Source of the DNA: the human T2T-CHM13v2.0 reference genome, Homo sapiens
Strand: one strand, 5' to 3'
DNA: 64,000 nucleotides
NCBI RefSeq assembly: GCF_009914755.1
Contig: NC_060938.1
In this document: piece after piece, positions 33,001 through 49,276 of the stretch
How positions within the stretch are numbered: position 1 is the first letter of the stretch
How the letters are laid out: each line of letters begins with the position of its first letter
Program-made: the position numbers and the translations under genes
Notes under the pieces: model-generated
What the model was told of the DNA's origin: nothing
The model's input: the letters and a program-made list of their open reading frames with translations, nothing else
Database searches by the model: none

Positions 33001-33544
33001 TTAGTGGCCATATTTTTCAAAGAAGGCCGCCTCTCAGCTACTGTCCTTTCCTCCGTCATTTTAGATCTTTTATTAATAGGAAATGTTCTCTCCAGTATCC
33101 GCTCTCCCTTTGATTATAACAATAACGATATATCTGTGCTTTCACCCACCCGCCCACCTCCTTTCCTCTCCTGTTGTTCACATTATTATTTCTGCCTTCT
33201 CAGAGCCTGCTCTCCATTTCCTTTCACTCCCTCTCTGCCTTCCTCCATATGGGAGACATTTCTCCCCAGTAACTGCTTCAGGCCTGCCCTTGAAAAAACC
33301 ATGGTGGAGTCATTCTGTTATCTCTTTTCAGGAGAAAGAGCTACCTGCCCAGCGAGGGCTTGTGCCACAACTCTAAATGTCAGGTCTGAATTACCTGGGC
33401 CAGTGCAGTCCAGGACTGCCTATAGCCCAGGGATACTTACATTCTGACCAACACTTTCTCGCTTTCCTAAGGCACCAAATTCTCCAGTGTTTTAAATTCC
33501 AGGAGATCTTATCTCCTACCAAGTTGGCCTACACCGCTTTCCCA

Positions 33545-34025
<481 letters not shown>

Positions 34026-35721
34026 CCAGTGATCATTACTGTTCACAAGGTTTCAGTTCTCCTCTCAAGCTATCCTGGCCTCCTGCTGCCACATTCCTTT
34101 CCTCTTTCAAAGTTCTCATTCCCTTTCTTCCTGCTGATCCTAATAGGCCCATTAGGGCCCACCCCTCTGCAAAGCTCTTCTTGCCACATCAGCCTACAAT
34201 GAGGTCTTCCTCATTAGAGCTCTCATAGGCCTTGTCTTAACCACTCATTTACTTGTCGTGTTCTTCTTAGTGCTGTTCATTACCTTTCTACACGTGATGC
34301 CATTTAGACTGAGCAAGCTTTATTTGCTGATTTTGTGACTTGTTATAAGTACTTTACCAAAAAGTACTTTACCTTTATATAGGCCCAGTCACGTGGATGC
34401 TGAATTTTGAAACAATATAAGGATACGCCAATGATTAACACTGAACGGATCAGTGTCAGCCACATTTAGAGTCCAGCAGTGGGCCAGGATTTCCTTGCAG
34501 CTCCCTTTGTGTTTTCTAGAGATGGTCCAACTGATAAGAGGATACAGTTCCAACACTGCTTTGTCAGTAAAATCATCAGAAATGGAAATAATAAAAGAGA
34601 TATAGACTTGTGTTCTGGAGTGGTAGTGAGAAGATTCTACAGTTAAAAGGTAATCAGATAAAAGTCATTAGCTTCTAATTAAGATCATCTGGCTGGAAAT
34701 TGCAAAATGTACACCTGGAAGTCTTGATCTTTAAAACAGATAAAACCTGGGGCAAGGTTAGTAAAGTTGAAAAGGAGGGCCAGCAATAGACAGCAAGAAG
34801 GGGCAGTCAGGAGAAAGAGATGTCCCACCACATCATAGGTGCCAGGGCAGGCCTTCCCAGGACCCAGGAATAGATTTCAGCAGCCCCTACAAACTGAGGA
34901 CGCCCTCTGGAAAGACCACATACTCCTTCGCCTCTCCTCCTGGCCCTATCCAAAGAGACTAAATCAGGGCTATTCCCAAGGCCAATATTAAAGGGGGCCT
35001 AGGATGATTGCAAGGATCCCTACCCAAAGAAATCTCTCCCCACCAACTTGCTGATTCTTAAAAAGCCTTTTTTCCTGCAATTAGAGACTGAGGTTTAAAA
35101 GGTAAATGCAGTTCACATATTGACTAAACAATCAACAAATGCAGACCGTGCCAAACCACCCTTTCTGGGTTTTATTTGGGTATGAGGGAATCAAAAACAC
35201 CAGTGAAGGATGAGACTCCAAAGTGAGTCAACCAACTGTTAACTTCAAAGCCAAAGAGAATTTGTGTTCCAGGATAGCTTTCTCCAGCTGTGCTGGTATG
35301 CACAAAGGCAGCTCTGCTACTTAGGACACTTTGTGACTCTAGTAAGGTACAGACTTGAACTGCAAGCAACTCTAAACCCTCCAAGAAGTGAAACATCTTA
35401 AGGCTAGACAAGGTAGAAAAAGGTGAGCACTAGCAAACCACATGGGCCTGCCCTGGAACTGTGCCACAGTCAAAGTACAGTGGTTAGTAGTCAGAATAAT
35501 TTTTGAAGAGATTTTCTCCACACATGTCAATTAGCATTGAAGGGAGTTGATATGGACTGAACTGTGCTCCCCCTCCACCATCCACATATTAAAGCCTTAA
35601 CCCCCCATGTGACTGTATTTGGAGATAGGGCTTTTAAGGAGGTAATTAAGATTAAATAAGGTTGTAAGGAAGGAGGCTTAATTCAATAGAACTTGTGTCC
35701 TTATTTAAAAAAAAAAAAAAG

Positions 35722-36306
<585 letters not shown>

Positions 36307-36553
36307 GTAAAGGAAGAGACACTGGAAATACATGTACACAAAGGCACTATGAGGACACAACGAGAAGGCAGCCATCTGCAAGCCAGGAAGAGAACTCTCA
36401 CCAGAAACCAACTCGACCAGCACATTGATATTAGACTGGTAGCCTCCAGAACTATAAGAAAATAAACTTCTATTGTTTAAGCTACTCTGTCTGTAGTATT
36501 CTGTTATGGCAGCCTGAGCAGAAAAATACGGGGGTCTAATTTATAACTGTCCA

Positions 36554-36603
36554 ACACACACACACACACACACAGAGAGAGAAAGAGAGAGAGAGAGAGA
36601 GAG
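36554..36603. repeat. (CA)n(GA)n compound microsatellite
   Basis: Seen directly. Confidence 0.95.
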
Positions 36604-36706
36604 GAAAACTTACCAGCAGAGAAGGCAATAGGAAACTAGGGCTGGCCCCTGCAGAATTCTTTCAATGGGCTCCAGGATAGGGGATGCAATGTCCGTGAAT
36701 ACTCCC

Positions 36707-37057
36707 TGATATGGTTTGGCTGTGTCCCCACCCAAATCTCATCTTGAATTCCCACGTGTTGTGGGAGGGACCCAGTGAAAGGCAACTGAATCATGGAGGC
36801 AGGTCTTTCCCAAGCTATTCTTGTGATAGTAAGTCTCACAAAATCTGATGGTTATTATAAGGGGGAGTTTTCCTGCACAAGCTCTCTTTTGGCCTGCTGC
36901 CATCCATGTAAGGCATGACTTGCTGCTCCTTGACTTCCACAATGATTGTGAAGCTTCCCCAGCCATGTGGAACTATAAGTCCAATAAACCTCTTTCTTTT
37001 GTAAATTGCCCAGTCTCAAGTATGTCTTTATCAGCAGTGTGAAAACAGACTAATACA
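36707..37057 (+). mobile_element. THE1B solo LTR
   Basis: TGATATGGTTTGGCTGTGTCCCCACCCAAATCTCATCTTG..GACTAATACA; TSD CTCCC/CTCTC. Confidence 0.92.
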
Positions 37058-37719
37058 CTCTCACATTAGTAATTTTTACACCATCCCAACATAGTTATTA
37101 TAATAGAAGTTTTTTCATAGGGTATTAGTACGTACAGGTCAACAAACACTTATGAGGCACCTACTGTGCCAAGCAGTAAGACAGGGAGTACAAAGATGAT
37201 GATATCTGCCTTCAAAGACCTTATAGCAGGCTCACCAAGATCCTGGACTGAGCCACGCTCTGCCCACTCCTCCAGGCAGTTCATACTGTGCACCTGAATC
37301 ATAAGTATTCCCTAATCCTACAGACCCCCAGCTCTCTGAATGGTTTGCTAGTGGACATCTTTTTCTACCTTGTCTTGCCTTAAGAGGTTTTACTTCTTGG
37401 AGAGTTTAGAATTGCTTGCATTTCAAAAAGAACCCAAGGTTCTTCATTTGCAGTTTTTCTTGTTTTTGGAAAGCAGAATGGTGGCTGGGAAGAGCTCTGG
37501 ACATGGAGTTGGGTCTGGATGAGTTCCAGGCTCCCACTTCAAGCTGATGACCCGTCTGACCTAGTCTCAACCATAGGTAAATGAAGACAATAATACTTAC
37601 CTGATAAAATGTTGTGAGGATTTAAAGAAATGTGTATACTTAAGTGCAAAGTTACATAAACAAAATGCAGTAGTAGCAATAACTATCACGTACAGACTAT
37701 TCTCTACACACCAGGAACT

Positions 37720-38581
37720 GTGGTTCTTAGAGATAGAGAAAAAAAAAAGAAGTGTTTTTCCTTTTCTCATAGACTCAACAAAACATTCTGACACCAGGTG
37801 TTTGGGGATTTCTTCCCACACATCAAGCAATCAGTGTTCCAGCAGACACCAAATAAATGCCCTTTAATTCAATTCAACTCTGATGCTATCAACCTGGAGA
37901 TAGCATCAGGCCCCACAGGTTAAGGGCTCCTCTCACAAGACTGCCTCCCACTTCAGATGCCAATTGCAGGCCCCAGGTTGTGACCTGTGCTTCTGCCCAA
38001 AAGGCTGTAAATCAGGGTTCCCATGACTTCCTCCCAGGGTTCGATTAATTTGCTACAGCAGCTCACAGAACTCAAAGAAACACCTTACTTACATTTACCC
38101 ACTTATTATAAAGGATATTCAAAGGATACAGATGGACTGCTGGATGGAAGAGATGAATTGGTCAAGGTGCAGGGGAGGGGCGTAGAGCTTTCATGCCCTT
38201 TTGGGCGAGCCAGGCTTCAGGCATCTCCACATGTTCAGCTATCCAGAAGCTCCCCAAGCTGAGTCATTCTGGGTTTTTATGAAGGCTTCATTGCATAGGC
38301 ACGATTCATTGAATCATTGACCAGTGAAGATCAACCTAACCTTCAGCTTCTTTCCCCTATCTAAAAGTTGAGGGGTGAGGTTGAAAGCCCCAAGGCTCTA
38401 ATCACATGGTTGGTATCCCTGGCAACCAGCACCCCCACTCCTAAGGCTGAGAGCCCGGGCCACCAGTCATGTCATTAGCATACAAAAAGACACTTACCAC
38501 TTAAGGGATTTCAAGGGATTTAGGAGCTGTGTGCCGGGATCAAATGGCAGAGACTAAATATATATTTCTTATTATATTACA
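37720..38581 (-). mobile_element. MER21-family LTR
   Basis: AATTCAATTCAACTCTGA..CAAGACTGCCTCCCACTTCAGATGCCA..GATTAATTTGCTA..CCTGGCAACCAGC. Confidence 0.75.
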
Positions 38582-38589
38582 ACATAATG

Positions 38590-38770
38590 GTGGTCAATCT
38601 TCACAATAACCATGACAAGTCTATGACATGGTACTATTATGATCCTCATTTTTACTAATAAAAAAAGCAGTGATTTAAGAAGTTACACAACCTGGCCAAG
38701 GTCACAGGACTGAGAATCTGAAGCTTGGTAGTTCAAACTCCTGATCTCTAGGTACCTATTAACTTATTAT
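38590..38770 (-). mobile_element. MIR
   Basis: AATCTTCACAATAACC..CTCATTTTTAC..GGCCAAGGTCACAG. Confidence 0.6.
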
Positions 38771-39362
38771 ATTTTCCCCCTGGTTGCATAACCTTTTCAT
38801 CAATTATCTTAGGTACATTCAAGTCATTTGGATTTATTCCTGATCATCATAATGTAAAGTATTGATACATACTTTACAGATGAGAGCCGCAAAGAAAAGA
38901 AAGAAATATAATAGGTAGAAACTTAAGTAACAGGCTAATCATTAGAAAGGTTTAAGAGAGACTACTCATTCAGGCTGCTGCCAAGTCCACGCCTCTAAAT
39001 GCACTCCATTACTCTTTTAAAGAACGCTAATGCATGAAGTTGGTTATTATTATCAAATCTCTGACATAAGGGAAATTTTTCTGATTTTTTAACCTTAAAA
39101 ATTGTTCCTTTTAAATCATCATATTAGACTACCTTTTTTTACCATTCAGACAGGTAAGCAGGAATGTCTTCTTTTTTTTAATTGAAGAAAAGCTTAGTTT
39201 TTCCCTGCAACTGCATATAAAGCCTTTTAACTGTGTGATTACTCTGCCATCTAGCTTCCTAAGCCTATATAGCTGTTCATGAGATACTCCTGGGGTATAT
39301 TAGGGATAAGCACTGCTTTGGTTTAAAATGCCTTGGTTTAGATTACTTAAATGTTCAATGAT

Positions 39363-39389
39363 CACACACACACACACACACACACACAC
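39363..39389. repeat. (CA)n microsatellite
   Basis: Seen directly. Confidence 0.95.
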
Positions 39390-39733
39390 GACAATAACAG
39401 TAATCATCATGTCTCCTCCTTGTATGAAATGTCAATCTACAACGTTGTAAGAAACCCCTGAGCCAGCTGAAATTTCTTCTTGTTAAATAAAGGTCAACTG
39501 AACAGTGTTCTTTCTTTTCAAGTATCTGGAATGCAGATTTTGGACTTAAACTGTGTAAAGTTAACGTGAAAGGCCAACAGATAAATCACTGAGCATTCAT
39601 CCATCTGTCGTTTGACTAAATCTTATCAATTTAGATGAAAAGAGAAAGCTTTTTCTAGTCGTCTGTGTATGTCATGGGACATACCCTTAAGTTACCCAGA
39701 ATAGTGTTTATTATAGAAATATTACTGTTCCAG

Positions 39734-39855
39734 GGTTAAGTGCAGCGGCCCATGCCCGTAATCCTAGCACTTTGGGGGGCTGAGGCGGCAGATCACTTGA
39801 GGCCAAAAGTTCAAGACCAGCCTGCTGAGCAAGGTAAACCCATCTCTACTAAAAA
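39734..39855 (+). mobile_element. Alu left monomer ending at the linker, with TSD
   Basis: Ends CATCTCTACTAAAAA; TSD AAATATTACTGTTCC / AATTATTATTGTTCC. Confidence 0.85.
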
Positions 39856-39962
39856 TTATTATTGTTCCCAGACAATAGTAACATATCCCTTAGGAAATGA
39901 AGAAAAATCTCTATTTTTGGCCTGAACCTGGGTTTGAGACCATATGAAATCACAGTCCTTAG

Positions 39963-40098
39963 AGCCGGCCATGGTGGTGCACATCTGTAGTCCAAGCTAC
40001 TCAGGAGGCTAAGATGGGAGGATCATTTGAGTCCAAGAGTTTGAGCCCAGCCTGGGCAACATAGTGAGATCCCTCCAACTAAATTTTTAAAAAAACAA
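39963..40098 (+). mobile_element. FLAM_A-like monomer
   Basis: CTGTAGTCCAAGCTACTC followed by CCAGCCTGGGCAACATAGTGAGA. Confidence 0.8.
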
Positions 40099-40340
40099 AC
40101 GCTGTCCTTGATTAGAGTCATCAATATCTGGAAATAAATGTCCTCATCTCCCTCAGGGTAGGGGACTCTGTTGCCAGCAGAGTGTGAACACATGAGTGGC
40201 AAATAGAGACAAGGTTATTCTCATACCACATGGGACCTGAATCTTTTCCTATGAAATTGCTCCTTTGTTATTAAAGGATTTGTACTCGGTTGCCCTGGAG
40301 GTCTTGGTGTTCTACTGTGTTTTTCCAGAGTGGCCCCACT

Positions 40341-40350
40341 ACACAACACA

Positions 40351-40382
<32 letters not shown>
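40341..40382. repeat. (CA)n microsatellite
   Basis: Seen directly. Confidence 0.95.
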
Positions 40383-40565
40383 TTTCTTTCTGTTAAGACA
40401 CCTAATTCTAAGATGTTTTCAGTTTAAAATGAGTAGGAAAAAGGTATGCTTCCTATGCCATCAGCAGTTTTCAGTGAGCAATTGTAATGCAAGAAACAAT
40501 TATAAAGTGATCAGATATACAATGTGATTTGTCAGAAAAAAATGTGAAAGACCTAGAAATGGACA

Positions 40566-40965
<400 letters not shown>

Positions 40966-40997
40966 AGAATGAACCAAAAAGATAGCTGAGCATTTTC

Positions 40998-41934
40998 TGT
41001 AAACAAAAAATGAAATCCTAAGCCCCTGCACCAACTGAACAGACTCCGTCTGAGTCAAGGGAGCCACAGAGAAACCTGAAAACCTGACCTCCCAGCCATG
41101 ACCAGAAAGGAGGTTAGATATGCCTCATTACACCCTCCTCCCTTTTGGAGTTTAGGCACAACTGACAAGCATTAACATTAAAACAGTGATCATAAGACTG
41201 ACAAAACAGACTCTTTGTGGCAATAAGATACCAAATTCCAACCTGACTCTGGTATAGCATCACATGACAGAGAGCAGACCCTGAAGAAAATGAAAATATG
41301 TTACCCCCAAATATATTTATTTGACATATTTTGAAATGGCCCTGAAAAGCTGTCTTTCATAGGGGAAATTTGCATCTTAGAGAATCTTTATTAATATAGT
41401 CAGGCCTTTCCTGGATATAGAAGAGATTAACTAAGAGTCTGACACCTTTCATGATTCAAAAAGAGACATTTACTGTCTATTCTCTCTGAAGGCTGTTACC
41501 TGGAGGCTTCATCTACATAGCAGGAACCTTGGTCTCTTCTGCTGAGTCATGAAAAGAAAATAAAAAGAACCTAGTCCCCTAAACCCCCTTTATCTTAACT
41601 AAAGCATTTCTTTCTATAGTCTTTAGACAAAGCTTAATTCTTCAACCAATTGCCAATTAGAAAATCTTTGAATCCAACTATGATCTGTAAGTTCCTCCTC
41701 TTCAAGATATCTCACCTCTGTGTGCTGAACCAATGTACACACTGCATGTATTGATTTATCATTTCAGCTATAATTTCTTTCTCCTTCAAATGTATAAAAC
41801 CAACCTGTAACCCAACCATTCTGGGCAAACTTTCTCAGAACCTCTTAAGGCTGTTCCTGGGCCATGGTCACTCATATTGGCTCACAATAAACCTCTTTAA
41901 ATATTTTCCAGAGTTTGGTTTTTTTAAATCAACA
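40998..41934 (+). mobile_element. MER4-family (MER4D-like) ERV1 solo LTR
   Basis: TGTAAACAAAAAATGAAATCCTAAGCCCC..AATAAACCTCTTTAAATATTTT..TCAACA; 4-bp TSD TTTC. Confidence 0.85.
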
Positions 41935-41994
41935 TTTCAATGGGAAAAAAAATGTATTGTTTCTAGTACTCTCTCCTGGCTTATCTGATTCTAT

Positions 41995-42609
41995 TGATAC
42001 AGGAGCTAGAAAAAAATTATTTAGGCAGATAGTGAGGATAAGAGAGTCCTCAGCAAGATTTGCCTTTTAATAAAAATCAGCCCCAAAATCATTTCTTTTC
42101 TAACAAACAGCAGCCTGAAAAATCAAGCTGCAGACAGGTAAGCAAGCTGGAAGCTGCATAGGTAAATGCCGGCAGCTGTGCAAATAGAAAAGGGATACCT
42201 GGAAGCCAGGTATGTTCAACATGGAGGCTCCATCTTCCCTTTTCTTTGTCACTATGTATGCAGTAAAGAAGCAGGCAACATGGTGCTGGCCAGGTAGAGA
42301 ACCTATCTGCATAATAAAGGATTAGGGTGGTGAAAGATTAGGGCGCAATGTAAATGGCACACCTGGTCCAACCAATCCTTTGCACCCTATGTAAATTAGA
42401 CACCATCTCTTCAAACTCATCTATAAAACCAACCACCTCTTACTACAAACCAGGACATCCACTCAGAACCGCCTCCCTCTGCATGAGGGAGCTTTTCTCT
42501 TTTGCCTGTTAAACTTCCACTCTTAAACTCACTCTTTGTGTGTCTGCATCCTTGATTTCCTTGGCATGAGGTACTTCAGGTATTACCCCAGATGGATGAT
42601 GCCGCTTCA
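41995..42609 (+). mobile_element. LTR9-family ERV1 solo LTR
   Basis: TGATACAGGAGCTAGAAA..TTATTTAGGCAGATAGTGAGG..GCCGCTTCA; TSD CTAT; CCAAT near 42372 and TATAAAA at 42422. Confidence 0.85.
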
Positions 42610-42761
42610 CTATTAGGTTTTATTATCTCTGGCCTACTCATAACTCTGTAAATAACTGATAGCAAAGCAAAAATTCTTGTCTACAGACATGCAAGTAGAT
42701 TCTGACTGCTTGGAGGAAACACTGATTTCCCTCCACCTGTAGTGTTAAAGAAAAAATTACA

Positions 42762-43381
<620 letters not shown>

Positions 43382-43999
43382 AAAGAAAAAATTATTCAAT
43401 GATACTTGTTAAAGCATGGTAAGGCACACTTTATTCAGAACCATTGAGATAAGTATAGGGACCACTACAACAGGATTTTGTAATGAGGGAGAGAGATTGT
43501 GCCCAACTCCAAATACAGCATGGGCAAGTGAAAATTTACAGCCAAGAACCAGGATGGAGGTCAGTGGATGGAAAATTACTAGGAGGAAACATCAAGGGTA
43601 AAGGAGATTCTGCATAAACCCACCTAACAGGAGTCTTGCTGAAGACAGGCCAGGGTGATCAGACATCACCTGGGGGATGATGGAGGATCAAAGGTCAAAG
43701 ATGATCAGACATTGAGAGTAGGGGGTTTTCGTTAAAATGTCTTACCAGAGTTCTTGCTAAAATTGGATTTTACAAGTGCATAAATAGGCCTAGGAGAAGT
43801 TTCAAGAACCTGACTAAAGTTTGGTCAAATAAAGAATCTTTGTCAGTAGGAAAAACCAGTTTTACATTCATTTGTAAATTTATTTCACCGCCTATTTTTG
43901 TTTCTACTCTTTCAAGTTCCTCTTTGAAATAGCTGTCAAATCTTTCCGGTTCCCTCATCAATTAATGAGTTATGCCTGTAAGAAAGTCACGAATTTACC

Positions 44000-44307
<308 letters not shown>

Positions 44308-44456
44308 CCATTTTTTTTTTAATTATCCTCTAAGAGACCTTATTTTCTTACCAGCCAGCTTAGGAGAGGAGTGGAAATCAGGTAGCAAGAGAACAAAGGG
44401 CTAGATATTCCACTGGGTTTCTCTAAAGTCCCCAGACTCAGTTTAAGAGAAGGGGC

Positions 44457-45142
<686 letters not shown>

Positions 45143-45469
45143 TCATAGCCTGAGTGTCATTGAAGGGGTCACATCTAGGCTCAGGGATCCCTTTGATTTC
45201 CCAGTTTTCTAATTAAACCAGCTTGGATGAATCATGGCTTTTCCCAGAAGAGTCAGGAACCTCAAATATCACATTGTAGACAATGTACTAAGCACAATGA
45301 TTACTTCCCTTTACCTTAAATAAGAATATTCCAAAAGCATACTCCTTACTTAACAAAGACATGACCATGACCATTCATACAACAATACGGTAACCAGAGT
45401 TTCCCAAAAACTGAGACAAAATTCAGAAAAAAAATACTCAATTTATTTAACATCCCTTTGTGCATTGTT

Positions 45470-45712
45470 ACAGGCAGTGTAATTAAGACCTTGAACTTTG
45501 AAGTCAGACAGCCTGAATTCAAAGCCCAACTCTACCTTTTATTGTAGCACTGTAGAAGTAATTGACCTAACTTCTCTGGATCCCAAATTTCCTTATGTGT
45601 TAAATGAAACTAATAATAATTCCCTCGCAGAGGTTTTGTGAGAATTTTAAAGTCTTTGGCAGGAATAGATGCATAGTAAATCCTCAATAAATGGTAGTTA
45701 TTATTGTTATTA
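45470..45712 (+). mobile_element. MIR
   Basis: CTTTGAAGTCAGACAGCCTGAATTCAAA..CATAGTAAATCCTCAATAAATGGTAG. Confidence 0.75.
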
Positions 45713-45730
45713 TATTCTACACTTATTTTA

Positions 45731-46106
<376 letters not shown>

Positions 46107-46159
46107 TCAAAGCCTTTTAATTACATTTTGAGGCCCACACCTCCCCTGCCCCATTCCTA

Positions 46160-46702
46160 AGGGCCAGCCTCCGGAGCCTCTTTTATAAGGGCACTGCAAT
46201 AATTTGAATGTGTTCCCTAAGTTTAAGGGTTGGAAAGTTAATCCCCAATGTAACAAGTATTGGGAGGTGGGGCCTAATAAGAAGTGATTAGGTCATGAGG
46301 GCTCTGCACTCATGAATGGATTAATGTCATTATCAAGGGAGTGAGTTTGTTATGAAAGCAAGGCTAGCCCTCTCTTGCTTTCTTGCTCACACCCTCTCTT
46401 GTCCTTCCAGCATGGGATGACGCAGTGCAAAGGCCCATGCTATATGCTGGTGCCATGGTCTTAGACTTCTCAGCCTTGGGGACTGTGAGCCAAATAAACT
46501 TGTGTTCATCATAAATTACCCAGTCTATGGCATTCTGTTATAGCAACACAAAACAGACCAACATAGGCACTAATCCCACGACCTTATGACCTCTCAAATG
46601 CCCCACATCTTAATACTGTCACACTGTATCACACTGCGGATTAGGTTTCAACACACAGATGGGGGCTAGAGGGGACTGGGAACAAATATTGAGACCATAG
46701 CA
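46160..46702 (-). mobile_element. MLT1A/MSTD-type LTR 5' half hosting an MSTC
   Basis: TTTTATAAGGGCAC|TAATCCC..CTTAATAC..GACCATAGCA. Confidence 0.7.
46195..46565 (+). mobile_element. MSTC-like solo LTR, antisense within its host LTR
   Basis: Perfect TSD GGCAC (46190-46194, 46566-46570). Confidence 0.85.
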
Positions 46703-47414
46703 ACAACAAAACTTCCAGAAGATAATACAGAAAAACATTCTCATGATCTTTAATGAAGAAAATATTTTTTAAATAAGTTTTTTTAAACCATAAATATTGA
46801 TAAATCATACTACATTAAAATAAGTAATAACCGGAGGGTTTGCCAGGTGATTACGTATAAGATTTTAATGCAAAAATTGTATTTCTTTTCTATATCCAAC
46901 AACAAACTGGAAAATGTAATTTGAAGAAATACACCATTTAAAATAGAATTAGAGAAAATCAAGTACCTAAGATTCATTCTAATGAAAGATGTACAAGAAC
47001 ACTACAGGGAAAAATAAAAACTTATTAAGAGACATGAAAAAAGATCCAAATTAGATGTATATATATTTGCTGATAGGAAGACTATCATAAAGATATTAAT
47101 TTTCCCAAAACTGATACACAGATTCAATGAAATTCCAAACAAAATCCCAACGGGATTTTTCATTGAACTTAACTAGCTGATTTTTAAATGTATATGGAAA
47201 AGTAAAGATTTTAGAATAGCCAGAATATTTCTGAATAAGAAAAGGCAGGGGGAGACTTGCCCTACCAAATGTGAGGACTTATTGTGAAGCTGTAGCAATT
47301 ATAACAGTATGATCAAAAATAGACTAATTGACCACTAAAATAGAAAATAGAGCTCAGAAACAGACCCAAGCACATTTGAAACTTCGGTATATGAGAGAGG
47401 TTGCATATTAGATT

Positions 47415-47801
47415 TGTTAAAGTATAATTTTCTAATGGATTAAAAAAATTATTTCATGCAAAAGATTTTATTCAATTCATTGATTAATGAGGAAATCTGT
47501 CAGATGCTAAAATTAGCCCAAAGAACATTTAATGAGTTAGATGTGTATAGAGGCAATGTAAAAAAAGAAATTTTAGGTAGTTTCAGGTTTATGGAAAACC
47601 AGTTCCTATTTCTCTAAGAGTATTTGTTCTATTGGATAGAAATGATTTACATCTCTAGTAGAAAAAAAATATTTAAGTTAATCTCTGTTCCTACAGAGTT
47701 GTAAATTGCTCAACCATTACAGAGTCAAGCCCAGAACCTCACTTGAAGGATACCCAGTAATCTCTTTCTGCTATTTCCACATTTCAGTAATTATTTTGAC
47801 A
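47415..47801 (-). mobile_element. Old ERV LTR (LTR37-like)
   Basis: TG..CA bounded AT-rich insert in the L1ME with minus-strand AATAAA; family uncertain. Confidence 0.45.
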
Positions 47802-48893
47802 CATGAATAGGAAGAAAAGAGACTATTTAATAAAACAAAAAGAACTATTTAATAAAATAAAAAGAACCATATATAAATGGTATATATATCATATATTCAT
47901 ATATGGTGTTTCATCTCTTTTCATATGAACGACTACTTTCATATGAATAACTACAAATATATATAAAAATAAACTCCAGATGAAGTCAAAATTTAAGTAT
48001 CAAAAACAAACTTGAACACTCTAAGTATTAAATACAGGTGAATATCTTTTAGAATGTGGGAAATTAAAGAATCTCTTTTTTATTTTTTCAGACTTTTACA
48101 TTCAGAAAATACATATGCAGGTTTGTTACCTGGGTATATTGGGTAATGCTGAGGTTTGGGTTATGAATGACCTCATCACCCAGGTACTAAGCATAATACC
48201 CAATAGTTAGTTTTTCAACCCTTGCCCCCCTCCTTCCCTTCCCTCTTTAATGGTTCCCAGTGTCTATTCTTGCCATCTTTATGTCCATGAGTACCCAATG
48301 TTTAGCTCCCACTCGTAAGTGAGAACACGTAGTATTTGGTTTTCTCTTTCTCCATTAATTTGCTTAGGATAACTGCCTCCAGCTGCATCCATGATGCTGT
48401 ACAAAGGACATGATTTCATTCCTTTTTATGGCTGCATAGTATTCCATGGTGTATAAGCACCACTTTTTTTTTTTTACCCAATCCAGTGTAGATGAACACC
48501 TAGGTTGATTCCATGTCTTTGCTATTACTGTGAATAGCGTTGTGATGAACATGTGAGTGCATGTCTTTTTAGTAGAAAGATTTGTTTTCTTTTGGATATA
48601 TATCCAGTAATGGAATTGCTGGGTCGATTTGTAGTTCTGTCTTAAGTTCTTTGAAAAATCTCCAAACTGCTTTCCACAGTGGATGAACTAATTTACATTT
48701 CCACCAACAGTGCATAAGCGTTCTCTTTTCTCTGCAGCCTCACCAGTATCTGCTAGTTTTTGACTTTTTAATAATAGCCATTCTAACTTGTGTGAGATGG
48801 TATCTCTGTGGTTTTAATTTACATTTCACTGATGGTTAGTGATGTGGAGCATTTTCTCATATGTTTGTTGGCCATTTGTAAGTCTTCCTTTGA

Positions 48894-49276
<383 letters not shown>

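Noticed and set aside
33318-33390. Possible exon (TCTCTTTTCAG|...CAG|GTCTGA) and the 147-aa ORF at 33004
   Set aside because: Weak donor, no recognisable protein, and no partner exons.
36950-36970. PRDM9 hotspot motif in THE1B
   Set aside because: The sequence is CTTCCCCAGCCAT, not CCTCCCTAGCCAC; the copy near 50020 also lacks it.
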